Below are positions 35,586-49,453 of a stretch of DNA of 64,000 nt, piece after piece. The DNA is from Octopus sinensis (Eukaryota): positions 136,462,001 to 136,526,000 of the forward strand of contig NC_042999.1 in NCBI RefSeq assembly GCF_006345805.1, read 5' to 3'. A program made the translations under genes and the position numbers. Position 1 is the stretch's first letter. Every line of letters begins with the position of its first letter. Under the pieces are notes generated by a model that searched no databases, had not been told where the DNA came from, and saw only the letters and a list, made by a program, of their open reading frames with translations.

Positions 35586-37447
35586 GAAAAAATAACAGAT
35601 TTATGAATACATGCCTGCATAAAGCTTTTATAATCATACACAACTGTCTTCTTACATCAATAGAATTTATTACAAAAACAAAGAAATTTGACAGTTTCCT
35701 GTCATCCAATTATCTTCCAGTTTTCATAAATCATTTTAGTCCAAATGAGCTATATCGTTATTCTGTGCGATGCTATGGAGCAATATTGGTAATACTTTTT
35801 ACATGGCTCTGCCTTCATTCATGTTCCTTGGGGAGACCAGAATATTTACTATTGTATGGATGAATGGCTTTGAGGTATTGGAAGTTGAAGATATAATAAT
35901 TTTGGTTTTACATAGAACTTATTTCAATAAAATGAATAGATTCTTAACAACACCTTTAATCTATTTATAGTGAACAGAATCTTTTTCATATGTTGCTTTT
36001 GCCAAAGAAAGAATCTGATTGCACATAAAGGAAACGGTTTCTCGATTGATGGCATTGTAATAGTTGGATCAAAATATTCTAGTTCCAGTCATTTAAAAGA
36101 ATAGAAGATGAGACATAAAATGCAGAATATACAGCAGTTCTCTTTTTAATGCTTTTTTTCATATAAAATGTTGGGTATCTTTTATAATAATGACTGAATG
36201 GTTGATAAAGTAAAAATGAAATTAAATTTTAACAAAAACATTGTCAAAAATGTAATACACATTAATTTGAGGAATGTTTAGTAAGGATAGAAATGATTAT
36301 CTGTAGATATTGTTGTAGATATTATAAACTTTGGTATATTACATAGAAAACAATTTAATTCGCTTATTTATTTATTTTTACTGGTTAATTACACATTTAG
36401 GAGACAAAAATATATGCCCAACTATGGCAGAATTTTAGCCCAAAGACTAAAAAGTAATTGAAGAAATACTGGGTTTTTTTCTCTCCCACACAAATATCAT
36501 AATTCTTATGTTACATGTCTATATCATGAACACAATATAAATCAATGCAGGTGAATGGCTTTGTGAAGGTGCATGACTTTGTGACAGTGCATGGCTTATT
36601 GATCACAAGATCATGTTTTTTATTCTCAGACCAGCTGTATGTTATGTTCTTGAGCAAAAGACTTTATTTCACATTGCTCCAGTCCTTGTAATGGATTGAC
36701 ATACAAGGGTAAGATGGTAGCTCAGGAAAATCTCTTGAATGGAGGTCCTGCAAGCCACATGTTTTATTTAGTGACTGAAAGGATGAATAGTACAACCTCT
36801 GCTGTGAATCCTGATTGGTTGGGACTGGTTGTTCAACCATATCTAAGGATGAATGAATCCGTTATCTTTTATCTTTTACTTGTTTCAGTCATTAGACTGC
36901 AGTCATGCTGGGGCACCACCTTGAAGAATTTTTAATCAAATGAATCGACCTCAGTAGTCAGTATTTTTTATTAAGTTTAGTACTAATTCCTTTGGTCAAG
37001 TTATAGGGATGCAAACACACCAACTCCAGTTGTCAAGCACAGGAGGAACAAACATGGGCATACACAGGCACACACAGGCACACACACACATACACACACA
37101 CCCTACGCACGCACACATGCACACACACATACACATACACACACACATATATGAGATGGGCTTCTTTCAGTTTCCATCAACATAATCCACTCACAAGGCT
37201 TTGCTCAGCCCAAGGCTAAAGTAGAGTATACTTGTCATTCTTCAAAGGTTTGGGATATTTCCTCCAACCTTTCAAAAGAGTCTGCAATATGAATTACATC
37301 ATTATGATGTATAACAATTGATTTCAACTCCCCTTTTGGCCACATGTAAAGCATGAGTTAATCATTCATACAGACTCCATTTATTTATAGAATCCAGTCT
37401 TTGTTCATGTGATAGTCTGATGACCATGATTAGAAATTTCTGTGAAC

Positions 37448-37850
37448 AGGCGCAGGAGTGGCTGTGTGGTAAGTAGCTTGCTAACCAACCACATGGTTGC
37501 GGGTTCAGTCCCACTGCGTGGCATCTTGGGCAAGTGTCTTCTGCTATAGCCCCGGGCCGACCAATGCCTTGTGAGTGGATTTGGTAGACGGAAACTGAAA
37601 GAAGCCTGTCGTATATATGTATATATATATATATATATGTGTGTGTGTGATTGTGTGTCTGTGTTTGTCCCCTAGCATTGCTTGACAACCGATGCTGGTG
37701 TATTTACGTCCCCGTCACTTAGCAAAAGAGACCGATAGAATAAGTACTGGGCTTACAAAGAATAAGTCCCGGGGTTGATTTGCTCAACTAAAGGCGGTGC
37801 TCCAGCATGGCGGCAGTCAAATGACTGAAACAAGTAAAAGAGAGTAAAAG
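37448..37850 (+). mobile_element. tRNA-derived SINE, family B (full length)
   Basis: aggcgcaggagtggctgtgtggtaagtagcttgc...gggttcagtcccactgcgtggc, internal TA/TG microsatellite, tail gaaacaagtaaaagagagtaaaaga. Second full copy at 43905-44290. Confidence 0.9.
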
Positions 37851-39867
37851 AGTAGAGGCTCCAAATACAGCATGTAAAAAACAGAGGGAATTCTGACCCC
37901 GAGTGAATTTGGACCCCAAATGAATTTGGTATTTGGTGAATTATTCTTGCATTAATAGATGTTTGCACAGTTACATGCTCAACCCAGCATGACTGCTAAT
38001 AGCTATATTCACACAACTACATGCTCAACCCAGTGCAATAGATGAAGAAACATACCATGACAACACAGCAACAAGAATATGCATAGACAGGTAAAATCAG
38101 CCTAAATGTGAATTTCTGATGAAGATCTGCACCTGTAATATACATCATTTCATACACAGTTTACTCTTCTTGTATTGCAATGAATACTTTCTGTATTAAT
38201 GTAGCAATAAATTATGTATTTATACTGACAAGTCTTTCATCATAACCACACTGCACATGTTTTCACGATTCCCTGTCCAAAAATCTTACGTAATTTCCTC
38301 AAGAAATATAACAAAAGAAAAGACTAAGACTAAGCCATTGTGAATACTTATCTTATATTAAGTAACTCTGGCAAATGTAACTGAAATATCAATGAAAGAA
38401 ATTATCATTATCAAACCAGCTTTAAGAACAGCTGAATGGGTCTGCAGTATAGATTACTCTGCTAGATATACTTAGGAATTTAATGCTTTACCAATTGAAC
38501 TCAAGCTATATCCCATCAAATTCAAATATTATGTTGCTCTATAGTTTAGAAATAAATATTCTATGAAATCCAATATCTAAATCCTTTTACCTGATGCCAT
38601 GACCTACACTCTGAATAAAAGCTCCCATCATTCAACCATCATAATCTAGAACAATCTTCCAGAAGCTAGACAGAAGATTAGATATTTAAATGTCTGTGAT
38701 GAGACTTTGTTAACAAAAGTATAAATTGCTGGACCATTTACTTCCTCTTTGAAATAGGACATAAGTGTAAATATGAAACTGTAAATATATTCTTTCAATA
38801 TGAAATTAATAGTCCATAAAATTATACTTTTAACTGACAGTGAGACAAACACATAAGCAGCTCCATTCACTTACATCTATCTGATCAATGGGTCACAGAT
38901 TAGCACATTTAATTTCTCTTTAAGACCCAATTATTTGAGGAAGGTGTTATTCACAAATGCATGAGATACACAGGTAATCTAACTTACTCTAGGGGTTCAT
39001 ATTAATAACAGCAGTTGTAAGGTTTGGTCACTTCAATAACTATTCAACTACACAGCTTGTTAATCTTGCAATTATATTTCTTCACACCTTACAAACTATA
39101 TATCAAAATTATGCCAAATTAGATAATGTCCATCCTTTCCTTAAGGAATCCAACCAAATTTATACATCAATGGCAAGGGGAGATTGTCACTATAATATAA
39201 TGAAATAAATTAATAATAGCCACCTTAAGGAAATCAAGGAATTCTTCTCCTTAAAGGTGCTACTTAAATTCTTGGAATATTAATTACCCCACCTTTACCA
39301 TGATTATAGAAATTGTTCTTGAACAATAGCTAATAATAGTGTGAAGCTATGGAAAATGGAGCAACTTCATCCATTCTTTATTAAATTTCCTATATATCAT
39401 GCATATAGTTGAATACAGACAAGCACACAGTTACAAACATTCATACTTGTATACAAACTTCCACATGCAAACACAAATAAACACACATGCATATACATAT
39501 TACATATGATATCATCAGCATCATTAACATCATCGTCATCATCATCATTTAATATCTGTGTTCCATGCTGGCATGAGTTGGATGGTTTGACAAGATCTGA
39601 TGTGTTCAAGGTCTACATTGTGCTCTAATGTTTGCTTTAGCATGGTTGGATGCCTCTCTTAATACCAACAATTTTACAGTGTGGACTAGATGCTTTTTTT
39701 TGTCACCTGCACTGCTGAGGTCGCCATGTAACTCACAGAACTAAAAACCCTAGAAGCGGGTCAGCTGCATACTAGTGGATGAGGGGACTAAACTATGAGA
39801 AGGTAGGGCAGAAGTGCAAGTTCTTGTAGAGGATCTGCATGGTTACTTACATATATTATTTATTTAT

Positions 39868-39910
<43 letters not shown>

Positions 39911-40144
39911 CATATACATATATATATATGCATATGTATTTATATACACACACATGCATAGATGCATATGTGTTATATATGCATGGTTGAGTTTCTGTGT
40001 GTGTGTGTTCATGTGTATTACATGAGTGAGTGGACAAATGAGTGAAAGTTACCCATTTTTGTTGGAGTTATATGTACTTAATTAATAACAGTTTGACTCA
40101 GCTCCACATTACTTGATACTTTGTGTCACATAGCACTCCCTCAC

Positions 40145-40297
40145 CCATCATCATCATCATCATCATCATCGTTTAACGTCCGCTTTCCATGCTAGCATGA
40201 GTTGGACAGCTCAACTGGGGTCTGGGAAGCCCGAAGGCTGCACCAGGCCAGTCATATCTGTCGGTGTTTCTACAGCTGGATGCCCTTCCTAACGCCA
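40145..40297 (-). mobile_element. Young RTE 3' tail fragment
   Basis: Reverse complement is closely similar to 25212-25360. Other tails at about 21405-21590(-), 21765-21840(+), 39530-39720(-), 50450-50530(-) and 62222-62660(-). Confidence 0.88.
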
Positions 40298-40324
40298 TAT
40301 ATATATATATATATATATGACAAG

Positions 40325-40600
40325 AAATAATTTTTCCTCTTTCTATGGAGGCAAACTTAATTTAGAGTTAATATAAACAAGTGTAAGTTATCTATAAGGG
40401 AAACTCTTGCCATCCTGACGTCCTTTGGGCCTAAAACATTAAATAAATTTACAGAGGGGATCCCTTTTTGCAACCATAAGTTTTCTTGTACTTTTCTGAA
40501 AGTATATAGAAGTAAAATCAGATGTGGTAAATAATATTTAGTTTTACTGGGTTTTGAAACTGTATAGTATAAGTTCCTATTATTAGCAGCCACTTTCATG
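40325..40600 (-). mobile_element. Penelope-like GIY-YIG C-terminal remnant (very degenerate)
   Basis: Minus strand retains IG..T...FKT, PLC..., and LNS...CLHRKRK (cf. LNSRxE...CRHRxK). Confidence 0.45.
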
Positions 40601-40756
40601 TTTAGCAATGAAATAAATTTTTTTTTGTTAGAATTTTTTTTTTGTGTGTGTGGGCTAGAAAATTTGGACTGGCCCTGCGATAGATTATTATCTTTAGATT
40701 AGGTATGCATCTATTTTGTAACTCCTATAAATGAGTAATTTGTTGAGATTCCTGTT

Positions 40757-40840
40757 CATCCTGATGAGGGGATCATTGCGAAGATGCACCTTAACTCGTA
40801 ATCAAACCGTGGCAGTGAACTCCTGAAATGGCCATAGATG
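40757..40840 (+). ncRNA. Type-I hammerhead ribozyme-like motif, copy 3 (CpG-decayed)
   Basis: CATC-CTGATGA-gggg...ctcc-tGAAAtGGCCaTA-GATG. Reverting three CpG transitions gives cGAAAC-GGCC-GTA, with stem I CATC/GATG and palindromic stem III CGGCCG. Confidence 0.65.
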
Positions 40841-43689
40841 TGTTTGACTTGATTTTGTGGAACTTACTTACGCTCCTGGACTCCAACCTACCATGATTTT
40901 TATGAAATGAATTTTTTTTATGTATTTTTTATGAGGGGAGTAAGAAAATTTTTTTAGTCAATTGATATTTTATTTTATTAAGATTTTTAGTCGCATGAAA
41001 CGCTTTAGTATTTTTAGTCGATTGTATATACCTACTTGATAGGCCGTTCTATATATCTGTATTTTTATTTGCATATGATTTTTACCTTTTGTGTTTTTTT
41101 TTTATATATGTATTCTTAATATGTTAAAGGCCGTGGTAATATTTATATATGATCAAATGTTTGGAGGTGTGATGTTATATATAAAGTCGTTGACTCGAAT
41201 TTGATGTTTGTTCTCTGATCAATGTTTTTATATATGAATATATATATATAATAAAAGAAGGAAATGCACACAGTTTACATAGTTTTAATATATTTTAAAT
41301 GAAAGAGCATTGTGGTTGTCAACCGGTTTCACTTTCACTAATTATGACATTGAAATTATTGTAATTTTGTATTTTCTTAAGAAGATTTTAGTCCATGTCC
41401 TTCTATGAAAGTTTGTGAATGAACCAACAAGTAGAAAAATCTAAGGGGAGGTAAATGGTGATAGTTATCATTTGGGACAGGGGAGGTAATTGCACATGTT
41501 TGGTGTGGGATAAACACAAACACTCATAAGCTAAAGTAGTAAGATGAAATATATACAGTGATGAATATGTGATCATGAATTAAAATATATACTGAGACCA
41601 AAGTTGGTTATGCATTCATATTCTCTTCCTCCCTTTTCTTACTAAATCTATAACACATTAAAAGCCAGTTTCAATCTTGCTTGCTTGCCTGCTTGTACTA
41701 TTTGTTTACTCAGTGAAACTGGCACATAATGGGAAAATACCATGAATTAAGTTTACCCTGAAATGTTAATACAAATCGAATGAATCAAGTTTCGTGTAAA
41801 TCGGTAAAGTAGTTTTCAAGATAGAGATTTTCAGGGTATAAACACCTAACATGGTGCATAAATGGGAAAATGTTCTGAAAATAATCTTCACCCTGAAAGG
41901 GAAGAAACTTGTATCTTTCTGTTAGATAGTGAGTTGACAATGAAAAAAAAAACGATTTTTTTACAATTTCTATTTTCGTTTTTGTTAAACATCATATTTT
42001 AATCATTTACAAATATTTATAAATGAATGTGATTTCAAAAGTGTAAGCTGTTTGTACAGTAAGTATGTATATTTTAGCTTTCTTTTAAACAGACAATATT
42101 TTAATGTTTTTTAAAATTATTTTCAAGTGAATACCATTACAAAAATTTTTTTGACATATTTAAAAAATATTCTAAAGTGAAAATCACTTTAAAAATGCTA
42201 TAGATATCTCTAAAAGACCTGATGGTAACCTCAGTGTGAAATAGATTTTTTCGAGTGCATTCAACTTATTTCCCCTCCAAAGATTTGGCTGCTATTTATA
42301 GCAAGCCCTGCTACTACTTAACAGCTATTTGCGATAAAGAACCTGAAACACCTGTTACGTGGTTGCAGGGCATGCAAGAAATAGCAGTCAAGTCTTTCCA
42401 ACCCATGAAACAAAACTCTGTTGCTGGGAAACACAGAGTTTCCTAGTGACCCAATGGGTTACTGGTAATCTAGTATATATATGTGTGTGTGCATGTGTGA
42501 GTGTGCATATGCATGTGTGTGTATGTGCATGTGTGTGAGAAAGTAAAATATCACACACACACACACACATATGCACACATACATCTTTGGGGTTTCTGTA
42601 TATCTCATGAGGTTTTTGCATCAAGGAAGATCCTCTCTAAGGTACAGTCATGGGAAGACTAATTTTATGAAAAACCCATGAAAAAAAGAGATTTTCCAGT
42701 GCTCTGCAACACAAGGATCAAAAGCTTGAGGTGCTCTGGTTTGAAAAATAGAGTGTCAGCATGTTGCCAAAGACAAGTGTGTTTAAAATGATATTGGCAC
42801 ACACTCTCAATAACGTTACTATGAGAGAGGTTGCTGAATTTAGAGAATGTGTGGGAGACCCAAAAGAGGAACTTGCTAAAGAAGTTGACAGATGTATAAT
42901 TGAAGGGGCAGTTTATAATATGAATTCAATGGAAACAGTAGGATCATCAGAGATAGTCACAGAGATGTTAAAAGTATCCTGCAAAGTAGGGCTCGAACTA
43001 GTTGCTCATGTAATCAACTATTCTCCATGCTAGTGAGCTTGTCCAAAGATAAGGCATTGACCAAGACAGCTGGACATTGGCATCATCAAAGGTAGTACAG
43101 TCAGAACGTAAAGACCAAGAATAGATACTGCAAGGTATCCTGTTTGACATTCTAACACATGCTCTTCCACTGCTCTAGCCTGGCACTTTATTTATCATCC
43201 CAAAGTTGACCTCTGCAGAATTTTAACTTAGAGAGTAGAGAACTACCAAGAAGCATTTATTCATTTACACATAAACATGCTCATATATACATAGATACAT
43301 AAAATCATACATTCATCAAACAAACTGGCACTCCATTGGTTGTAATAACAAGATTTCTAGTGAACAAAACAGTCTTGTCATGAAATTAAAATGCAAGAGG
43401 CTGAGCACTCTACAGACACACATACCCTTAATATAGTTCTCAGAGGGATTCAGTATGATACTGAAAAGGGCTTATAATGTGGGTAATATCTTTGAAATAT
43501 AAGTACATTTTGCCAGCTAAGTGGACTGGAGCTAGGAATTGAACTTCTGACCTTATGATTGTGAACCAAAATACTCTAACCACTAAGCCACGTGCCATTA
43601 AGCCACATGTCACTAATCTACATATATATGTATATACGTGCCACTAAGTCACATACATATGTATATACATATAATACTTTCAAGCTGTA

Positions 43690-45430
43690 GTTATAGAAGA
43701 AACTGTGACGACAAAACACATTTTTCTTGGCATTATGAACTGAATAAGGATTTATTTAACAGTTATAAAAGAACAAAACAAAATCCTGCTTTTGGATATA
43801 TGAATAGATTAACAGCATATTCAGATGATGTGCACCCAGAACAAAATTATTTCACTGCAAAGCAATTACGCCACCAAGTACATTTGTGGAACATTAGAAG
43901 AAAGTTAGATGCAGTAAGAAGCTTGCTTCCCAACCACATGGTTCCAGGTTCAGTCCCACTGTGTGGAACCTTGGGTAAGTGTCTTCTACTATAGCCTCGG
44001 GATGACCAAAGCCTTGTGAGTGGATTTGGTAGACAGAAACTGAAAGAAGCGGATCGTGTATTCATATATATGTATGTATTTGTGTATCTGTGTTTGTCCC
44101 CCCACCATCGCTTGACAACCAATGTTGGTGTGCTTATGTCTCTGTAACTTAGTGGTTTGGCAAAAGGGACCAATAAAATAAGTACCAAGTTTGCATAAAA
44201 TAAGACCTGGGGTTGATTTATTTGACTAAAGGTGGTGCTCCAGCATAACCGCACTCAAACGACTGAAACAAGTAAAATAATAAAAGAATAAATGTAACTT
44301 TATATTAAAAAAAGCTCTAAAATTACAACATAGTAGAAAGTTATTTATTTCTGTTCTCTTTTTTCTCATTGCACTGCAGTGTTATCAACTTTGTTGTATT
44401 TTTATTGTATGGTAATTGTTCTTAATTTCTAAATGAATTCTCTGTAAATTACACTTTGAAAATAGCAAAGATATAAAAATAAATTCACTTCTTTACGCCA
44501 TGTAGTTTCACATTTAGCAACATTCCAACAGATACCATACAGCCTGCCAGCCAAACTTCATTACAGGTTAAAGCAACTGACCATTCATTGTTCCTCTACT
44601 ACAACTAAGATAAATAGCAGGCACAACCACAACAGTCATTCTAGTAGTCAGGGTTATATATTGGTAAAACATGCCCTTAATAAAATTTTTCAAGAAACAA
44701 TAACCATGGCTTTGAAGTACTCTTTTCAAGAGAAAATATTCTCTACCAAAGTAAGCAAAAGACCAACAGACACAATATTAAATGCTATTAATAAAATCGG
44801 AGCGGAGTATTTACAGCAGTGTAATGAATTCCCATTCTGGCAGATTAGCACCTGTCTGTATTCTCTGTCTACTACTGCAAAGTAGTACATGAATGACACT
44901 CAAAAAGCCATCATAGGCCTTAAAGACAGAGAAAAAGATATATGATTTACTGAAGACCATCCGCCATGTGACAAAAAATTGGAAATAGTAAAAAAGAAAA
45001 CACCTATGCTAAACTATTGAGAAATTTGCAGTTACTCTATTTGGATTACAAGTTCAGATTTATACCCGTTATTATTGAGGCACTGACATATGTAACTAAC
45101 TGCCTAAGCAACAATCTTGAGAAACTAGGTTTCTCAAAACCAGAAAAGAGAAAGCTAATTAGATTGTTACAGATTCAAGTCATCAACAGAATTGTAAAAA
45201 TTTGTAAAACTTCCCAGAAATTAAGCATTTGAGTATACATGTGCATGTTTAGACATGCAGCTATATTCATAAAAATACATACATAAAACAAAATGTACAA
45301 CTCTACACATACAGTAACTCTAAACATTGCACACATACATACAAATGTGCAAAAACACTCTCTTGATACTGTTGAGATTCCAATGAAAGAGTCTCAGGTC
45401 TAAGTTAGAAATGACTCTTCCTCTATTGAC
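43690..45430 (+). mobile_element. Internally deleted R4/Dong-like LINE (N-terminal Myb-like region plus RLE end), interrupted by a SINE at 43905-44290
   Basis: FSWHYELNKDLFNSYKRTKQNPAFGYMNRL...DDVHPEQNYFTAKQLRHQ at the N-terminus, FQEKIFSTK, and NLQLLYLDYKFRFIPVIIEAL...CLSNNLEKLGF...LQIQVINRIVKICKT at the RLE C-terminus. Confidence 0.75.
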
Positions 45431-45852
45431 AAAGAATCTTGAAATGTAAGTGAATATTGATGTACATATACACATGTACACACATGCATATGGGCAGACA
45501 GACAGACAGGCTGGCAGAAACGTTAGCATGTCAGGCGAAATGCGTAGCCATATTTCGTCTGCCATTACGTTCTGAGTTCAAATTCCGCCGAGGTTGACTT
45601 TGCCTTTCATCCTTTCGGGGTCAATAAATTAAGTACCAGTTATGCACTGGGATCGATGTAATCAACTTAATCTGTTTGTTTGTCCTTGTTTGCCCCCTCT
45701 GTGTTTAGCCCCTTGTGGGTAGTAAAGAAATATATATACATAGATACATACATACTTGCATATATACATGTGTATACATATATATAAATATATATTGTCA
45801 GTAAATCATAAATCAGAAGGAGAAGTACACTCTAATTTATAGAACAGTAGAG

Positions 45853-46468
45853 TATTTAGATAATGATAGTTATAGCCAGTTCATAGGGTTGCCCAGAGTT
45901 TCGTGCCCATAAAGCACTTAGCTTTACATGTGTCTTGTCAGACCCTAATAGCCAGTGGCCTATAGCTTCTCTTTGAAGCGGAGAGAAGAAAAGCCACATG
46001 GCTAGTTTTTGAACCCACAAAGAAGAAAGGTCAAGTCCAAGGGATTGTCTGCCTTAGACTGCTATCCGGAATCCACCCAGTCAGCTTGCAGGCCCCACAA
46101 TTTCAGCAGGAATTGCCTGAAGTGTAAGTGGGATCTGAAGACTTCTGTCCTGGAATTTAAGATGTTCCCTAGATTTAGGGAGTTCTTAAATATTCTCACC
46201 CATTCCAATATGCACAGCTTGCTACATTTGCTCCTGTTGACATAGGAAAATGGCTTTTTTAGGATCTTCCATATGAGTCCATGTGGAGTCCCTTCATCCT
46301 TCAGGCAGCACTCATGGCTAGCCAAGGACATGACAAATGTCTCTCCAGGATCCTAAATGAGGATTTATGGTTGGAGAGGTACTGCTTAGTGATAGTGTCT
46401 CTGTTGGTATTGCTATACCATCATCATTGATGGAGCTGCTACTGGTTCTATAGTGGTGGTTGATGTTG

Positions 46469-46500
<32 letters not shown>

Positions 46501-46841
46501 GTTGTTGTTGTTGTTGTTATTATTATCATTATTATTAGCATTATCATTTGTGATGGCACTGTTGCTATTTCTGTTAAAATTGCTGTCATGGTTATTATTA
46601 TTGCCTTTCCTGCTGCTACCATAGCTGCTGGAAAAGCTACTGCTGCTATTAGGGTCAGATACCACTTCAGCCTTATATACAACCCCCTTGGTTTTTCATT
46701 GGCCTTCCACTGGATATCTGTTATAGTCCCTACATGAGCATCCTACTTCTGCTAGTAGCTTAAAAGTTATAGGCCACCAGCTTTATGAATGTGAAACCCT
46801 GGTAACCCTATGAACTGGCCATAGCTATCTTTATTTAAATA
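45853..46841 (-). mobile_element. Penelope-like element remnant with inverted pseudo-LTRs
   Basis: Inverted termini tattta(g/a)ataa(t/a)gatag(t/c)tat(a/g)gccagttcatagggtt...ataaagc at 45853-45915 and 46788-46841. Internal minus frame LASHECCLKDEG...IWKILKKPFSYVNRSKCSKLCILE...LNSRTEVF..HLHFRQFLL is a GIY-YIG C-terminus. Confidence 0.85.
45885..45946 (-). ncRNA. Type-I hammerhead ribozyme-like motif, copy 4
   Basis: Minus strand AGGGT-CTGAC(a)A-g...taaagc-taagt-gctttat...c-GAAAC-tctg-GcA-ACCCT. The inverted copy reads GAAAC-CCTG-GTA-ACCCT. Inferred ancestor: CTGACGA / GAAAC-CCGG-GTA. Confidence 0.65.
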
Positions 46842-47283
46842 TGAATATTTTTGGTGGTTGTCTACTCCTTATGCAAAGTTTGACCACCTCCTGTACCTTC
46901 ATGGCATCTGATGTGGTTTTTTAAACCAATGTTTTGAAAGGACACCCGCATAGATTGCATATCCAATTTGGACTACTAATAGCTGCAGATAAGTTTTGAT
47001 CTTTGTAGATCTTAAAATGTCTTTTGAGGCCTCTGTTAGATTTGTAAACCTTCTGGCATACATTGCATTGAAAGGTGCACACAGACATATAGACAGAATA
47101 GTTGGTGGAGGTTCGTTTTCCATGGGTTCACAAATGAGATTTGAGCCCAGCAAAAGAAGGGCATGGTCTGTCACAAACTGTGCACACAAAAAGGTCATTG
47201 TGATTCACCTTCTCGATCATAACATTCTTCCTTATATATATATAGACAATGTTATTTTATTCCACACAAGTAGAAATATAGAG

Positions 47284-47613
47284 AAAAGAAGTTGAAAACG
47301 CACAGGAATTCATTCAGATTTTTTATTAAAAACTTTTTAAAGACTGAACCAGTTTCACAGATTTCTCTGATATTCGAAAGTTGAGGTAGAAAGGCATGGA
47401 GTTATGCTGCAACTGCCTCACTTCTGATTGGTATTCAAAAATTATCTCGTGCTACTCTATGAAAACTAGACAATTTCTGAATTCCAAGACAGTTGCAGCA
47501 TAGCTCCACACCTTTCTATCTCAACTTGCAAATCAGAGAAATCTGTGAAACCAGTTAAGTCTTTAAAAATGTTTCAATAAAAAACGAACCCAAGTGCATT
47601 TTCAACTTCTTTT
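47284..47613. mobile_element. Foldback/MITE-like element with ~130-bp inverted arms and a ~75-bp spacer
   Basis: Left arm aaaagaagttgaaaacgcac...ttttattaaaaactttttaaagactgaaccagtttcacagatttctctgat...gttatgctgcaactg (47284-47415). Right arm cagttgcagcatagc...atcagagaaatctgtgaaaccagttaagtctttaaaaatgtttcaataaaa...gtgcattttcaacttctttt (47490-47613). Both sides adjoin TA-rich runs. Confidence 0.88.
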
Positions 47614-48389
47614 ATATATATATATAATCCATATATCCTCCCCCTGTGTCCAGGGATTGTCTGGCCAAGATTCTCCAGTTCCCTTAGTCTACTACTGTAT
47701 GCATACAGTTGTAACAAGTAGTCATGCTGGATATGTAGTATTTTCTCCTGACATTCTGCATTTCCTTCTCTGCACTTCACATGGAATTCCCTTTGTATTT
47801 TCTTACAAGAAAAGAAACAAATCACTTAAAAGGCTGCAATAGATATACGAGTTTATTCCAGTACAGAATATGATTCAAACATCCCAGTAGGATTTTACAA
47901 AGGTTACAAGAAATGTAATAACAGATGTGTTTCCAAACATGTCGGTGCCCCAGCATGGCCACAGCTCATAAGCTGAAACTAGAATCAATCAATCATGTCG
48001 TGTCATTCTCCTAGTATTTAGCAATAGGGTTTTCTTCATGTAGAATAAAAAGGGGAACTTGTAGAAATAGCCCTTAAAGATAATCATCCATTTGAGATGG
48101 ACTAATTGTTCTAATGGAGATCATGTTGAAGGTGCACATGTAGCATAAATGCTGAGAGAATCACACACTCACCTGTGCTTGCTGAATGTCAATCACCAGC
48201 TGAATTCTTTTGGCATGCAACCAAAGCTAACAGCTGAAAGGACACCACCTATAGGGATAGCCTATAAACACTTAGCTGCCAAGGGTGAGCAACAACTATT
48301 GCTAAACGATCTTAAAGAATAAATAATAAAGCCAAAACAACATTTTAAGAATGAAAAAAATTCTTCACTTCAAAAGACATAACACTGCA

Positions 48390-48718
48390 TTTAAAACTGG
48401 GCTAGTAATCTGTTGTATTATGCCAATTATCTACAGAAGCTTGGACAATGTACATAGCTACAGTGTAAAAGATAGAAGCATATGAGATGTAGATCTTTTG
48501 CAGATTGAGCAGGTTAAGCTGCAAAAACAAGTTAATAAATTTTGAAGTTCTAGAAAAGTTGAAAGTCCAAAGACACCTACTGTCAAGAATTAAATCCACA
48601 AAACTATAATATTTTAGACATACAATGTGCCCTGAGTCACTGCCAAAGACCATCCTGACAGGAAGTGTTGAGGGGAAGACAGCAAATGGCTGTCAAAAAC
48701 ATTTATGAACTGACAACA
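48390..48718 (+). mobile_element. RTE/BovB-like RT C-terminal fragment
   Basis: Degenerate Y..EAWT...IEAYEM.C.RS, LLSRIKSTKL*YFRH...SLPKTILTGSVEGK. Confidence 0.65.
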
Positions 48719-49453
48719 TACATATATACATGCATACATAAAAAATAACATTCAAGTAAACAAACAAAATATTCTTTGAGGTTTAATGCCTGTTTGTCCC
48801 TTTATTTCATGAAATATAATCCTTGAATTAGTTCTGGCTTTTCAAAGTTTCAAATTTGTAATATTTTTAAAATAATAAATTTGAAAGCTTTTAAATCCAA
48901 TTTGCATGATTTATACAATGACTGAAAAAAAAAAAGAAACATTGTTGAAAGGGATTTATTTTCACAGAATTGTTCACAATAGGATTCAGCTCAAATAAAA
49001 TCATGAATAAATTTCAAATAAAAATATTTCTCTCTTCATTGAAACATTAACACTAGAGGGAAATATTTCTCTCTTTCATTATCAAAGACTATATTATTGT
49101 AAAGTATTTTGTTTTCAATTTTATGAATTTTATACTGCAATTATTTAAGAGAATTTTTTCTAGAATTTAATGTCATTGAAATAATTTCATAAACCCTTAA
49201 ACAAAATTATATACTTTGAAAATCTCATGTACCATTCTCCGAAAAGTTATTGCAACAGGCTCCATCCTAATTCTATATTAAAATAAAACAGTTTATTTTC
49301 AAAAAGTTGCACATTGGATGAAACTTGTTTAGTTTCATTAACTGTTATGAGTATAATTTTTTGAAATGCTATTCTCAAACCATATATGGAAATGAAAGTA
49401 TGATTATAAATGGATTTTTTTCTTTTCTTTGTTGTAATTTATTAAAAAACTAC

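Noticed and set aside
38590-38780. Minus-strand exon candidate within ORF 38646-38870
   Set aside because: Every acceptor-donor combination contains in-frame stops, and the peptide is unrecognised.
41640-42230. Possible Helitron/HINE-like element (atctataacacattaaaagc...; aagtttcgtgtaaatcggtaaagtagtttt)
   Set aside because: Suggestive 5' start and internal motif, but no recognisable 3' hairpin-CTAG end; left unannotated.
46899-47198. 99-aa minus ORF with EPPPTILSICLC, reminiscent of a transposase CXC tail
   Set aside because: The similarity is too weak and the Cys pattern too incomplete to support a call.
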